DNA of 64,000 nucleotides from Elusimicrobiota bacterium (GCA_044221725.1 JBGAON010000003.1:32001-96000); one strand, 5' to 3'. Shown: positions 30,996 through 40,661, numbered from the stretch's first letter. Notes: generated by a model from the letters alone, not told the origin. Translations and numbers: made by a program.

Positions 30996-32696
30996 ATGGA
31001 ACAGTTACTCCATCAACTGGCACCCGGAAAGTCCAAAACTCTCCGGGTGCTTTTGATTGAAGACGATTTGGAAGATGCCGAATACGTTTTTCTAACGCTC
31101 TCTCCACACGACACCTTCGACATCAAGGTGTCGCACGCACAATCGCTCGAGGAAGCGCAAAAACTCATGTCGCCCGCCATCGACATCATTTTGTTGGATC
31201 TCTCGCTGCCGGGCAGTCGTGGGATCGAAACCTTTGAAAAGGTGAGCGAGTTTTCCGATAAAACGCCGATTCTCGTGATCACGGGTTTGAACGACGAACA
31301 AACGGCGAGTGAAACGCTGCGGCGCGGCGCGCAGGACTTTATCGTGAAAGGCCAGTTCAACCGCAATTCTCTTTTAAAAGCGATTCGTTTTGCGATTGAA
31401 CGAAACAAGTTGCGGATCGATCTCACGAATCTCACGCAAAAATTGAATACCGCGAATCAGCAGTTGGATCGGCTCGCCCACAACGATCATTTGACCGGGC
31501 TGTTGAACCGGCGTGGCCTCGAACAGGCGTTGTCGCGCGAAATTGCCTGGTCTCAGAGAAACGGTGGCAGTGTGATGGTGCTGCTCATCGATCTCGATGA
31601 CTTTAAACGGATTAACGATACGCTGGGCCACGCGGCCGGCGACAACGTTCTCAAAGAAATCGCACGGCGGATGCAAGGGCCGTTACGCATCACGGATTTT
31701 TCGGCGCGCATCGGCGGTGACGAGTTTCTTATTTTGTTGCCGGATACCGAGCCGGCCGAAGGTGTTCGGATCGCGGAGAAAGTTCGAAAAGCCATCTGCG
31801 ACGAGTTGTTCGTGGTCGGATCGACACGCCTGACGGTGACCGTCAGCGTTGGCGCAATACCAATTCCGGAGGGGACCACCTCCATTGACGATCTGCTGAT
31901 TGAAACGCACCACGCGCTTTATCAAAGCAAGCGCAGTGGCAAAAATAAGGTTAGTTTTGGCGGTGACGTCGCGCCGTTGAACGGTTCCGCGCCGGGGCCG
32001 TTGCAGACGCTGATAAAGGAAAAATCGCTGCGGGTCATGCTGCAGCCGATTATGAATCTCGAAAACAATCAACCGATGGGGTATGAATTTCTGTGCCAAT
32101 CGCTGGTTCCTTCCTGTGAAAAGCCCGAAGATTTTTTCCGGATGGCGCAGGACACGAACGTGGTGTCTCAGATTGATCAGTTGTGTCTGGCGAGCTGCAT
32201 CGAAGTGGCGGAGACCATACCACCAAAACTACAGCGGCACATTAATATTGCCACAACGACGCTCAGTGAATTCTCAATTCCAACGTTGATTGATCTTTTC
32301 CGAGATGCCCACCAGGGGGAAACCTATTGTTTGGAAATTAATCAGCATCAGGTTGTCGGAGACCCGTCGTATTTAATTCGCCCGCTTGAGCTTTTGAAAC
32401 AGGAAGAGTTTCTTATCGCGCTCGAAAACGTAAGTTTTGGCCAAAACAGCCTGGAAACGGTGATTCTGCTCGAACCCGATTATTTAAAGATCAGCCAGCA
32501 TTACATCACCGGTATTTCAAAAGATCCGGCCCGGTTACGATCGCTGAACCGTTTCTTGAAAGTGGCCGAAAGTCTCGGAACCGCGGTGATTGCGGTTGGT
32601 ATTGAGTCGCAAGAGGACATGAACGTTCTTAAATCAATGGGCGTGAAATTTGGACAAGGTTTTCACTGGGGCAAACCATTTTTGAATTTTCCTTAA
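30996..32696 (+). CDS. REC-GGDEF-(degenerate EAL) diguanylate cyclase
   Basis: Receiver DLSLP; intact GGDEF with RITD I-site. In the EAL domain, EAL reads EFL and DDFG reads ENVSFG. Confidence 0.88.
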   Translation: MEQLLHQLAPGKSKTLRVLLIEDDLEDAEYVFLTLSPHDTFDIKVSHAQSLEEAQKLMSPAIDIILLDLSLPGSRGIETFEKVSEFSDKTPILVITGLNDEQTASETLRRGAQDFIVKGQFNRNSLLKAIRFAIERNKLRIDLTNLTQKLNTANQQLDRLAHNDHLTGLLNRRGLEQALSREIAWSQRNGGSVMVLLIDLDDFKRINDTLGHAAGDNVLKEIARRMQGPLRITDFSARIGGDEFLILLPDTEPAEGVRIAEKVRKAICDELFVVGSTRLTVTVSVGAIPIPEGTTSIDDLLIETHHALYQSKRSGKNKVSFGGDVAPLNGSAPGPLQTLIKEKSLRVMLQPIMNLENNQPMGYEFLCQSLVPSCEKPEDFFRMAQDTNVVSQIDQLCLASCIEVAETIPPKLQRHINIATTTLSEFSIPTLIDLFRDAHQGETYCLEINQHQVVGDPSYLIRPLELLKQEEFLIALENVSFGQNSLETVILLEPDYLKISQHYITGISKDPARLRSLNRFLKVAESLGTAVIAVGIESQEDMNVLKSMGVKFGQGFHWGKPFLNFP

Positions 32697-32706
32697 GGAG
32701 GCCATC

Positions 32707-33273
32707 ATGGCAAGCGATTCATTTGTGATCGATGTAAAAGCAATTCGGGACCGGGCCCGCAAACACATAGAAGATGGAGCGGTTACCGAGGGTTATCAAG
32801 GAAACCGTGACGTGGTACGAAGACTTTTGAACGAGGCGCTCGCCACGGAACTCGTGTGCGTGCTGCGCTACAAACGACATTACTTTATGGCCAAAGGCAT
32901 TCACGCGGAGGCAGTGGCGTCGGAATTTCAGGAGCACGCGGCCGAAGAACAGGCGCACGCCGACATGATTGCCGAACGCATCACCCAGTTGGACGGCGAG
33001 CCGGATTTCAATCCCGAGGGTCTTACCGCGCGCAGCCACTCGGAATACAAAGAGGGCACATCATTGACCGACATGCTCAAGGAAGATCTCGTGGCCGAAC
33101 GCATCGCGATCGATTCGTATCGCGAGATGATCAATTACATCGGCGCGAAAGATGCCACGACGCGGCGCATGCTTGAGGAAATTCTTGCCACCGAAGAAGA
33201 ACACGCGGATGACCTTGCGAAGCTTCTCCCGGCATCGGACAGCACGAACGGCAAGTCACCGGCCGAACTTTAA
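32707..33273 (+). CDS. Bacterioferritin/ferritin-like protein
   Basis: Di-iron E / EExxH / E / EEEH pattern: ATE, EEQAH, AE, TEEEH. Confidence 0.88.
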   Translation: MASDSFVIDVKAIRDRARKHIEDGAVTEGYQGNRDVVRRLLNEALATELVCVLRYKRHYFMAKGIHAEAVASEFQEHAAEEQAHADMIAERITQLDGEPDFNPEGLTARSHSEYKEGTSLTDMLKEDLVAERIAIDSYREMINYIGAKDATTRRMLEEILATEEEHADDLAKLLPASDSTNGKSPAEL

Positions 33274-33288
33274 CTTCTAAGGTTCGTA
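33265..33288 (+). promoter_or_regulatory. ECF promoter GAAC-N16-CGTA
   Basis: GAAC tttaacttctaaggtt CGTA, 32 nt before ATG 33321. Confidence 0.75.
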
Positions 33289-33320
33289 AAAAAATTAGAT
33301 TACTCTCATAGGAGGCGTGT

Positions 33321-33668
33321 ATGGAAGACATTGCAAAAGGGGCAGAAAAGAAAATCAACGAAGGCGCCGGGCGGGTGCATGAAGGCATCGAAAAGGCGCG
33401 GCGAAACACCGTTGATATGATCGAAAAGAACACCTCGGCCGATACCGATGAAATCATTCGTTCCGTTCGCGAGAGAGGGCAAGAATATCTTAATCAGGCG
33501 AAGCAAAAAGGCGAAGACCTTTTGAATGCGGTGAGCACCGGCGGTCGCGCCAGCATGAAAAACTTGGCCAATTATATTGAGAGCCGTCCGGCCCAAGCGG
33601 TCGCCATTGCTGCGTGCGTGGGACTCGTGGCCGGGTTGCTTCTCGCGTCGTCCAGCAAAGAGGACTAG
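33321..33668 (+). CDS. ElaB/YqjD (DUF883)-like tail-anchored protein
   Basis: Helical hydrophilic body and C-terminal YIESRP.QAVAIAA.VG...G.LL TM. Confidence 0.75.
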   Translation: MEDIAKGAEKKINEGAGRVHEGIEKARRNTVDMIEKNTSADTDEIIRSVRERGQEYLNQAKQKGEDLLNAVSTGGRASMKNLANYIESRPAQAVAIAACVGLVAGLLLASSSKED

Positions 33669-34048
33669 TGAACAATTCCCAAACACAAAAGCCTCCCAAC
33701 TTCGCCAAAGCGTTGCTCGGTCTCATCAAAGACCACGTTGAACTGGCGACGTTGGAATGTGTTTATGAGAAAGAAGCAGGGCAGCGCCGCGCTGTCGGAT
33801 TGGCAGCGGGTGTTGCTCTGCTCTTCTTTTCGTTTCTTTTCCTGCAGCTGTGCATCGTGGGGCTGTTGCACCGAATGGGACTCGGATTTGCTTCGATTGG
33901 GTTGATGGGCTGCTTGTTTTATGGGGGGATCGCTTATTACCTTCTAAAAAGGGCGTTGGCGCGTGACCCAGGCGTTGGGAAACCTTTTCAGTCGTCAATT
34001 CAACAGGTCAAACGGAGTTTTGAATGGATCGAGAGTCGTTTCTCTTAA
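33668..34048 (+). CDS. YqjE/holin-like two-TM protein
   Basis: GTG overlaps the previous TAG; HVELATLE motif; two TMs; YqjD-E gene order. Confidence 0.65.
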   Translation: MNNSQTQKPPNFAKALLGLIKDHVELATLECVYEKEAGQRRAVGLAAGVALLFFSFLFLQLCIVGLLHRMGLGFASIGLMGCLFYGGIAYYLLKRALARDPGVGKPFQSSIQQVKRSFEWIESRFS

Positions 34049-34239
34049 AACGCGACTTGATTGTACGGCGGATGGACGATGATCGCCTGCTCCTGTCGCA
34101 ACATCAATTCGGATTGTTGCGTGCGCTAAAGCCGTTGGCTGTTCCTTACCTTCTAAAAAGCGTCGCCACTGTCGCCGGCATTCCGCTGGTGCAATATTTG
34201 TTGCGCAAGAAAGGTTTCTTCAACCACCGAAACAACTGA
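34024..34239 (+). CDS. Small hypothetical protein in the YqjK position
   Basis: Third overlapping ORF of the YqjDE-like operon. Confidence 0.45.
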   Translation: MDRESFLLKRDLIVRRMDDDRLLLSQHQFGLLRALKPLAVPYLLKSVATVAGIPLVQYLLRKKGFFNHRNN

Positions 34240-34255
34240 CGATTGGATTTATTGG

Positions 34256-35263
34256 CTAACGAAAGTCGCGCGAGATGTCCTGCAGCAACGGTTCCGGAAC
34301 ATCGCCCATCAGCGTAAAGTAATTTTTACCTTTTTCCCAATGATAGACATTCCCCGAACCGGTCGCTTGAAGCGGGGATCCGTGTGCGGATAGTGCATTG
34401 CCGGTAGTGTTGGATGGAATCTTAACGGGCACCGGTGTCTGAAACAACGACAATGGTAGAACGCCGTCGGTGTACCGTACGTGTTTCACGGTTTTGCCGG
34501 TGATGTCCAAATAACTGATGCTTTCAAACGAAAAACCACCGGCCAATTTTTTCGAAAAGAGTTGCGCATCCTTTGCGCGCTGCGCATCGGCGGGGGAAAT
34601 CGTGTGCGTGGTATCAAGCGCTGCGTTGGTTTCAACTTCGGTAAGAAATAAATTGTTCGATGCCGACGTGTTCGGCACAAAGTCGGTGAAACGCGTTAAC
34701 GAGCCGCTTTGTGAATCATCGGTCGAATACTGCTTCGTTTCCAATACCACGTGCGTCTGCTGGTCCACGCGCATCTGATGGTGCGGTTTGCCAGGGATGA
34801 CCGGTGCCCAGTCCACAAGCCAGGTCGAGCGGCCCAACAACTTTTCTCCGGGTTTTACCGAGACCTTGTAGTTTTCAAGCAACAAACTTTTCTGATCTCT
34901 TGATTGCAGCGATTTTTGTGGGAACGTCGTGAAATAATTCTGAACAACCTGATCGTTTTTCAATAGTTGGGTCTCTTCTTTCACGCTGTTCGATAGCACC
35001 ACACGGTCGACAGATCCATCCGGACGCAAGAACTCCATGCGGTATTTGTCCGGAGGCTGGAAAAAAATGTTCACGTCTTCGGCCTTTGCTCCTTTGTCGG
35101 TCCACATACTGATCATAAGGTGACCTTTGAACGGCTTTTGCGGACCGCTGAGAATCATGTCGACCGTTTGAGCAGCGTCGGGCGCATCGCCGGCCGAAAC
35201 GAAAGCCAGCGTGGCAGAGACAAAACAGAAAGCAGCGGTGATCGTTTTGCGGATTTTAGACAT
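34256..35263 (-). CDS. RseB/MucB-like periplasmic sigma-E regulatory protein
   Basis: Signal peptide; LolA-like N-terminal domain; C-terminal YTDG...LSLFQ and LMGDVP motifs; third gene after sigma and anti-sigma. Confidence 0.8.
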   Translation of the reverse strand: MSKIRKTITAAFCFVSATLAFVSAGDAPDAAQTVDMILSGPQKPFKGHLMISMWTDKGAKAEDVNIFFQPPDKYRMEFLRPDGSVDRVVLSNSVKEETQLLKNDQVVQNYFTTFPQKSLQSRDQKSLLLENYKVSVKPGEKLLGRSTWLVDWAPVIPGKPHHQMRVDQQTHVVLETKQYSTDDSQSGSLTRFTDFVPNTSASNNLFLTEVETNAALDTTHTISPADAQRAKDAQLFSKKLAGGFSFESISYLDITGKTVKHVRYTDGVLPLSLFQTPVPVKIPSNTTGNALSAHGSPLQATGSGNVYHWEKGKNYFTLMGDVPEPLLQDISRDFR

Positions 35264-35732
35264 GGCTCTTTACGTGCGCCGTCTGTTCCGACGCCGCGAG
35301 CACACGTTGGTGAAGAAGGGGGCTGGTTTGTCCCATGTTGTGAGCCGAGATAAGCGAGTCCATTGGAATAAACTCCGCGTGTTGGACCTGATAGAGGTGG
35401 AAAACGCCCGCGAAAACGGCGGCCGTGGCCAACGCGCCACCCAACGCAAACTGTTGGGATAACTTGGACCACGACGACCACTGGAAGAAATGAAAACGTT
35501 GGGCGTCTTGTTGCTCGAGAAGTCGGCGTTCCAGAGATTCAAGGAAGTACGTGGGCGCGGCAACCTGAGGAAGATCGGCCACCAAATCTTTCGATTTCTT
35601 GATCCTTTCAAGCTCTTCGCGCCATTCGCTGGAGGTTGCCAACTGTTGTTGGACCATTCGAAGTTCCGAGCCGTTCAGCTCACGGTCCAAAAAGGCCGAC
35701 AATAATTCCGATTCTTTTGTGCCTACCACCAT
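35256..35732 (-). CDS. RseA-like anti-sigma factor (non-zinc ASD plus TM)
   Basis: ELLSAFLDREL N-terminus, one TM, no HxxxCxxC motif. Confidence 0.8.
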   Translation of the reverse strand: MVVGTKESELLSAFLDRELNGSELRMVQQQLATSSEWREELERIKKSKDLVADLPQVAAPTYFLESLERRLLEQQDAQRFHFFQWSSWSKLSQQFALGGALATAAVFAGVFHLYQVQHAEFIPMDSLISAHNMGQTSPLLHQRVLAASEQTAHVKSHV

Positions 35733-35749
35733 ACTCCTATCCCTCCAGA

Positions 35750-36307
35750 TTAAGTTGCAACACCCAGTTGCATTTTTTCAAAAGCTTTTCGTAACAAAAC
35801 ACGTCCTTGGAAGATTCGCGACCGCACGGTTCCAATGGGACAATCCAATATTTCTGCGATCTGTTCATACGAATAACGCTCAACATCGCACAACACAACG
35901 ACCGAACGGTACAGCATGGGCAGAGATTCGAGCGCCTTCTGAATTAGCGTGTTGGCCTCTTTCTGGTCCAATTCTTCGGCGGGCGAAGGATCGTTCCCCG
36001 GAATAATGTTTTCCCAGGACACATCCTCGACAGGAGACGGCCCATCCATCGACACCGTATGCTTTCGGTCGTACTTCCGCATACTGTCAATGAAGATATT
36101 TTTGAGAATTCGGTTCAACCACGGCTGAAAAGGACGCGAAGGATCAAACTTATCAATGTGCCTTAAAACGTGCGTAAAAGCCTCCTGTACGAGGTCACGT
36201 GCGTCTTGATCATTGCCACTCAATCGATAAGCGAAACTGTAAGCCTTATCAGCGTGCCGTCGAACCAATTCCCCTATTTCGGGAGTCTTGGCGTCAAAGG
36301 CGCCCAT
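35750..36307 (-). CDS. ECF sigma factor (RpoE-like), candidate general-stress sigma
   Basis: DARDLVQEAF, WLNRILKN, SYEQIAEIL and GTVRSRI motifs; preceded by the island-wide promoter motif. Confidence 0.92.
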   Translation of the reverse strand: MGAFDAKTPEIGELVRRHADKAYSFAYRLSGNDQDARDLVQEAFTHVLRHIDKFDPSRPFQPWLNRILKNIFIDSMRKYDRKHTVSMDGPSPVEDVSWENIIPGNDPSPAEELDQKEANTLIQKALESLPMLYRSVVVLCDVERYSYEQIAEILDCPIGTVRSRIFQGRVLLRKAFEKMQLGVAT

Positions 36308-36334
36308 GTTTACCTCTCATGGTGTCGATGTGAA

Positions 36335-36358
36335 TACGGACAGGTCGCAAAAAAGTTC
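36335..36358 (-). promoter_or_regulatory. Putative autoregulatory ECF promoter GAAC-N16-CGTA
   Basis: GAAC ttttttgcgacctgtc CGTA, 27 nt before the sigma ATG. Confidence 0.8.
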
Positions 36359-36446
36359 ACCTCAGCTAATTTATTCTTCTGTGGGCCAATTTGGTGGGTT
36401 TTCCGTCGAGGAACAGCAAAACCAATTGAATTCTAACAAAAGGTTG

Positions 36447-36470
36447 CAACTAACCGTCAAGCGCCACGTA
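36447..36470 (+). promoter_or_regulatory. ECF promoter variant CAAC-N16-CGTA of the SOD operon
   Basis: CAAC taaccgtcaagcgcca CGTA, 28 nt before ATG 36499. Confidence 0.6.
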
Positions 36471-36498
36471 GGAATATTGAAAACCCCAAGGAGGTTGT

Positions 36499-37155
36499 AT
36501 GCCCGTAAAAGAACACCCATCGCCCCATCAAAAGCCGGTCGGATCGGAAGCCACTTATCGCGCCCAAGACTATTCTCGCCTGTTCGGAATGTCGGGATTC
36601 AGCGACAAATTGCTGCAAACACATTTTAAGTTGTACGAAGGCTACGTCGCTCAGGCCAACCAGCTGAATGAAAAACTGCGACAGTTAATCGAACAAGGTC
36701 AGGGAAAGACCCCGGAATTTGCCGAAATGAAGCGGCGCTGGGGCTGGGAATGGAACGGCATGCGCCTCCACGAATGTTATTTCGGAAATCTCGTGGCGAG
36801 AAAGGGCGGGGAAAGTTCGGACATTCCGGCGGCGCTAAAAAGCCGGATAGCCGAACAGTTCGGCTCATTGGACAATTGGAAGAACGATTTCTTGGCCAGC
36901 GGTGCGATGCGCGGGATCGGTTGGGTCATTTTGTACGAAGACACCAATCAAGGCTGGTTGTTCAATTCATGGATTGAAGAACACGCTACGAATCATTTGG
37001 CCGGCGGCTATCCTCTTTTGGTGATGGATGTGTTTGAGCACGCTTATATGCCCGATTACGGCACGGATCGCGCGAACTATATTGAAAGCTTTTTCAAAAA
37101 TATTGATTGGGACGTCGTTGCGTATCGAACAACAAATCGCCGAACTCAACAGTAA
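36499..37155 (+). CDS. Fe/Mn superoxide dismutase family protein
   Basis: Metal ligands in THFKLY, RLHECY and DVFEHAY. Confidence 0.88.
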   Translation: MPVKEHPSPHQKPVGSEATYRAQDYSRLFGMSGFSDKLLQTHFKLYEGYVAQANQLNEKLRQLIEQGQGKTPEFAEMKRRWGWEWNGMRLHECYFGNLVARKGGESSDIPAALKSRIAEQFGSLDNWKNDFLASGAMRGIGWVILYEDTNQGWLFNSWIEEHATNHLAGGYPLLVMDVFEHAYMPDYGTDRANYIESFFKNIDWDVVAYRTTNRRTQQ

Positions 37156-37169
37156 TATAGAATACCGGC

Positions 37170-38060
37170 ATGACATTGGACGGCCGGCCCCTTCGCGTAT
37201 TGATGATTGACGATGACGAGGAAGAATTTGTCCTCGCGAAAGCGCATTTGGAACAGCCCGATTCGGCGGTGGATCTTGAATGGGCAGAATCCTTAACCGC
37301 CGGCATGGAAACCCTTTCCCAAAAGAAATTTGATGTCGTTCTTCTGGACCTTTTTATGTCCGATAGCCGCGGTCTCGAAACGTTCACAAAGCTTCGCGCG
37401 AAATTTCCGAATGTCCCTATCGTGATTATGTCCGGTTTGGATGACGAAAAGCTCGCCCTCGAAGCGGTGCGCGGCGGCGCGCAGGATTATCTCGTCAAAG
37501 GCCACGGCGACCGGAGCCGGCTGTTCCGCGTATTGAATTATGCAATCAATCGGCACGAGCGGCAGAAAGATTCGGCCGATGAAGCGTTAATCGACAGCTT
37601 AACGAAGCTCTACAATCGCCGCGGGTTCTTGGCGATGGCCGAGCAACACATGAAAATTGCCAGACGCGATCAAAAAACATTTTTCGTTTTCTTTGCGGTG
37701 TTAAACGGGTTTGAGCAAATCGTCGAAGAATACGGTGAAGACGAAGGACAGCACGCGCTGCTCACGACGGCCGACATTCTCGGCGAAAGCTTCCGCACCG
37801 GCGATATTCTCGCCCGAATCGGTCAGAACGAGTTCGCTATTATTACAACCGTGGAAGGTCATTTTGACCCCAAACTTATTTCCGCGCGCATCGCTAAAAG
37901 TCAAAAATTTTACGAATCGCAGTTTAACTCGGTGCGCTTCTCGTTGAGCTTGTGCTCGAGCTACATTGATCTTTCTCAGGACGAGCCGATGAGCGAGTTC
38001 GAAGCGCATGTCGACCGTATTTTTCAGGAATACCACCGGCGCCAGCCGGCCGTTTCTTGA
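37170..38060 (+). CDS. Response regulator with degenerate GGDEF domain
   Basis: Receiver domain; DSLTKLYNRRG; active site reads GQNEF. Confidence 0.82.
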   Translation: MTLDGRPLRVLMIDDDEEEFVLAKAHLEQPDSAVDLEWAESLTAGMETLSQKKFDVVLLDLFMSDSRGLETFTKLRAKFPNVPIVIMSGLDDEKLALEAVRGGAQDYLVKGHGDRSRLFRVLNYAINRHERQKDSADEALIDSLTKLYNRRGFLAMAEQHMKIARRDQKTFFVFFAVLNGFEQIVEEYGEDEGQHALLTTADILGESFRTGDILARIGQNEFAIITTVEGHFDPKLISARIAKSQKFYESQFNSVRFSLSLCSSYIDLSQDEPMSEFEAHVDRIFQEYHRRQPAVS

Positions 38061-38061
38061 T

Positions 38062-38868
38062 GTGGACTTTGTAAGAAAATTTCGAATTCTCAGCCAAGAC
38101 AAGTTTCGGCTAAAAGATTTTGATCCCTCCGATACGCATGGGTTTGAGAAAGAAGACGCATTGGCCCGCATCGAAAAGAATGTCGAACGCCTGTTCGAAC
38201 TCCAATATCTGCTGTACGCGGACAACCGTCAATCGCTGCTCATTATTTTGCAGGGGATGGATTCGTCCGGCAAAGACGGCGTTATCCGTCATGTGATGCG
38301 CGGACTCAACCCGCAAGGTTGCACCGTGGCATCGTTCAAGGCGCCGACGACCGAAGAATCGGAACACGATTTTTTGTGGCGTATTCACAAAATGACGCCG
38401 GCCAAAGGCGATATCACGATATTTAATCGATCGCATTACGAAGATGTCCTCGTTCCGCGCGTGCACCACCTTGTTCCCAAGAAGGCGTGGAAGGCACGGT
38501 ACGACCAAATTAATGACTTTGAGTGGATGTTGTCCGAAAACGGAACCCGGATTTTGAAGTTCTTTCTATATATAAGCAAGGACGAACAGAAGGAACGGCT
38601 CGAAGAGCGGCTGCAAAAGCCCGAGAAGAATTGGAAGTTTAATACGAACGATCTGAAAGAGCGCGAAAGATGGGGGGAATACATGGACGCCTACGAGGAT
38701 CTCATCTCGCGCTGCTCAAAAAAATGGGCGCCTTGGTATGTTATTCCCGCCGACAAAAAATGGTTTCGCAATCTCGCGATTTCAAAGATCGTGAACGACG
38801 AACTTCAGCGCATGAAACTCAAAATGCCGCCGCCGTTGCCGGGGGCGTCCCAGATTCGGATTAAGTAA
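38062..38868 (+). CDS. ppk2: Polyphosphate kinase 2 family protein (class III-like)
   Basis: QGMDSSGKDG, FNRSHYEDVL and PWYVIPADKKW motifs. GTG start assumed. Confidence 0.9.
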   Translation: MDFVRKFRILSQDKFRLKDFDPSDTHGFEKEDALARIEKNVERLFELQYLLYADNRQSLLIILQGMDSSGKDGVIRHVMRGLNPQGCTVASFKAPTTEESEHDFLWRIHKMTPAKGDITIFNRSHYEDVLVPRVHHLVPKKAWKARYDQINDFEWMLSENGTRILKFFLYISKDEQKERLEERLQKPEKNWKFNTNDLKERERWGEYMDAYEDLISRCSKKWAPWYVIPADKKWFRNLAISKIVNDELQRMKLKMPPPLPGASQIRIK

Positions 38869-38923
38869 GTCCTTCAAACCGCGGCTGTCGCTCGCGCCCA
38901 CAAAGAACCTGTCCAACAACCGC

Positions 38924-39769
38924 TTACCGGGGGAGTGGGAAGTGAACTTGTCGAATGACGCCGTCGGTGATCCAGCGGGAAAACCAGTTTCGCACCAGAG
39001 AAGTGTCCAGCAACGGGTGCTTTTTCACTAACGAAGACAAAGCTTTGCCCAGCGTTTTTTGGTTGCTGAGATGCGACAGCAATTCGAATTGAATGGGCGT
39101 GATGCGCGGCACGCGCACCCACTTGTCGGCGGGCCGGTACACAAGCACACGAAGCGGTCCGCGTTTCATGCTTTTGATTCGGCGTTGGTCCCACTTGCCG
39201 TCGTCGCGCCAAAGAAGATCAACCGGCCAGAATAGCTTTAGCAACGTCACAGCAGGGTCCAGCGTGAACGTGGCACGCAGCCATTTGGATGGCGGAATAT
39301 TTTCAAACGTTGCCAGAGCAAGAGGCGCTACATCGTCCGCAAAGAACGCCTGATGGGCGGTCCACTCGAGGTGGGCCAACTCGGGCAAGAACGGAAATTT
39401 CTTCGAAAGCGGGTGCTTTTTTAAGAACGGTGACATAGGAGCGCCCACATCATCGATGCTCTTAAAGATCGACGGATATTTCACAAGGTAAGCGCGAGCG
39501 AGATCATAGAAATCATTTTCGCCCACGACATTTCTGATCGAGCTGTAATTCGATTCCAATACCTCGATGATGCGCTGGAAGTAACCGTTGCCGTAAATCG
39601 AAAGTCGTGTTTCGCGGTCGACTTGCGGAGTTTCGCCAATCACTTTCGTGCAGCGATCCAGCGCGTGCGAATGGTTGTTCAGCGCGCAACCGACGCCGTG
39701 CGGATGCGTGAGCACCCAGCGCATCCACGTTTGCAAATCAGATAAGGACGGCGCGCTTATTGTTGGCAT
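38924..39769 (-). CDS. DUF2063 MNIO partner protein (BufC/HvfC-like)
   Basis: RLSIYGNGY....EVL...Y, AYL..YPS and LPELAHLEW motifs; overlaps DUF692. Confidence 0.85.
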   Translation of the reverse strand: MPTISAPSLSDLQTWMRWVLTHPHGVGCALNNHSHALDRCTKVIGETPQVDRETRLSIYGNGYFQRIIEVLESNYSSIRNVVGENDFYDLARAYLVKYPSIFKSIDDVGAPMSPFLKKHPLSKKFPFLPELAHLEWTAHQAFFADDVAPLALATFENIPPSKWLRATFTLDPAVTLLKLFWPVDLLWRDDGKWDQRRIKSMKRGPLRVLVYRPADKWVRVPRITPIQFELLSHLSNQKTLGKALSSLVKKHPLLDTSLVRNWFSRWITDGVIRQVHFPLPR

Positions 39770-40637
39770 GGGTCAGAATCTTTTCCTGAATTTGTTCGGC
39801 GTGTTTTGCTTCTTTCCAAAGTCTCTGGAACGTCGGAATCTTGTCGTCCCATTCAATCATCGTCGGCACGCGGCCGAACCGCTCGACCGCTTTCTCATAA
39901 AGTTTCCACACGGGGTCCGACACCGGATGATCGTGCGTATCGATCAAATGGGTGCCCATGTCCGAATAGCCGGCCAAATGCATTTGTGCCACGCGGTCGA
40001 CCGGAATTCCGTTCAAATAATCCAGACCCGAAAAGTTGTGGTTAACCGCGCTCACATGAATATTGTTCACGTCCAAGAGAATCAGGCAATCGGCTTTTGT
40101 CGCAACCTCTGTTAGGCATTCCCATTCGGTCATCTCCGAATGTTCGTAGGTCACGTAACTCGAAACATTTTCGAGCAAAAATTGGCGGCCGAGAAAATCC
40201 TGAACTTGTTTGATGCGCTCGACCAAATGATTGATGGTTTCTTTCGTGTAGGGCAATGGCAGCAAGTCGTGCAAATTGTGTCCATTGACGCCGGTCCAGC
40301 ACAAATGGTCGGACATCCACATCGGCTCGATGCGGCTCGCGAGTTTTTTAAGCCGCTTCAAATAATCTTTATCGAGCGGATCTTTGGATCCAATCGAGAG
40401 CGAAACACCGTGCATGACGATCGGATAATCTTTCCGTAAGTTTTCGAGAATCATAATCCCGCGGCCGCCCGACCCGGAAAGCGTGCCCATGTAATTTTCC
40501 GAAATAACTTCAAACCACGGTACCTTCGGCCGATTTTTGAGAATGTAATCGTAGTGCACCGTTCTGAGGCCGAGACCGACACCCAGGGGAGGCGGTTTGT
40601 GAAAAAACCGACGGGTTTCACTACGATTACGCTGCAT
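39738..40637 (-). CDS. DUF692 multinuclear non-heme iron oxidative enzyme (MNIO; BufB/HvfB-like)
   Basis: GLGLR, EVISENY, HGVSLS, SDHLCW, LENV, LDVNN, HLAG, DTH and EWD motifs; SD GGAGG. Confidence 0.95.
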   Translation of the reverse strand: MQRNRSETRRFFHKPPPLGVGLGLRTVHYDYILKNRPKVPWFEVISENYMGTLSGSGGRGIMILENLRKDYPIVMHGVSLSIGSKDPLDKDYLKRLKKLASRIEPMWMSDHLCWTGVNGHNLHDLLPLPYTKETINHLVERIKQVQDFLGRQFLLENVSSYVTYEHSEMTEWECLTEVATKADCLILLDVNNIHVSAVNHNFSGLDYLNGIPVDRVAQMHLAGYSDMGTHLIDTHDHPVSDPVWKLYEKAVERFGRVPTMIEWDDKIPTFQRLWKEAKHAEQIQEKILTHANNKRAVLI

Positions 40638-40661
40638 GACGTCCTCCGCTTTTACGTTAAT

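Noticed and set aside
33668..34048. Holin-like protein as a sign of a prophage
   Set aside because: The context is a YqjD-YqjE-like stress operon, and no phage, integrase or transposase genes were seen in the window.
37142..37165. GAAC upstream of the REC-GGDEF gene, with similar partial hits at 3024 and 32673
   Set aside because: No CGTA at 16-17 nt spacing, so these were not counted as promoters.
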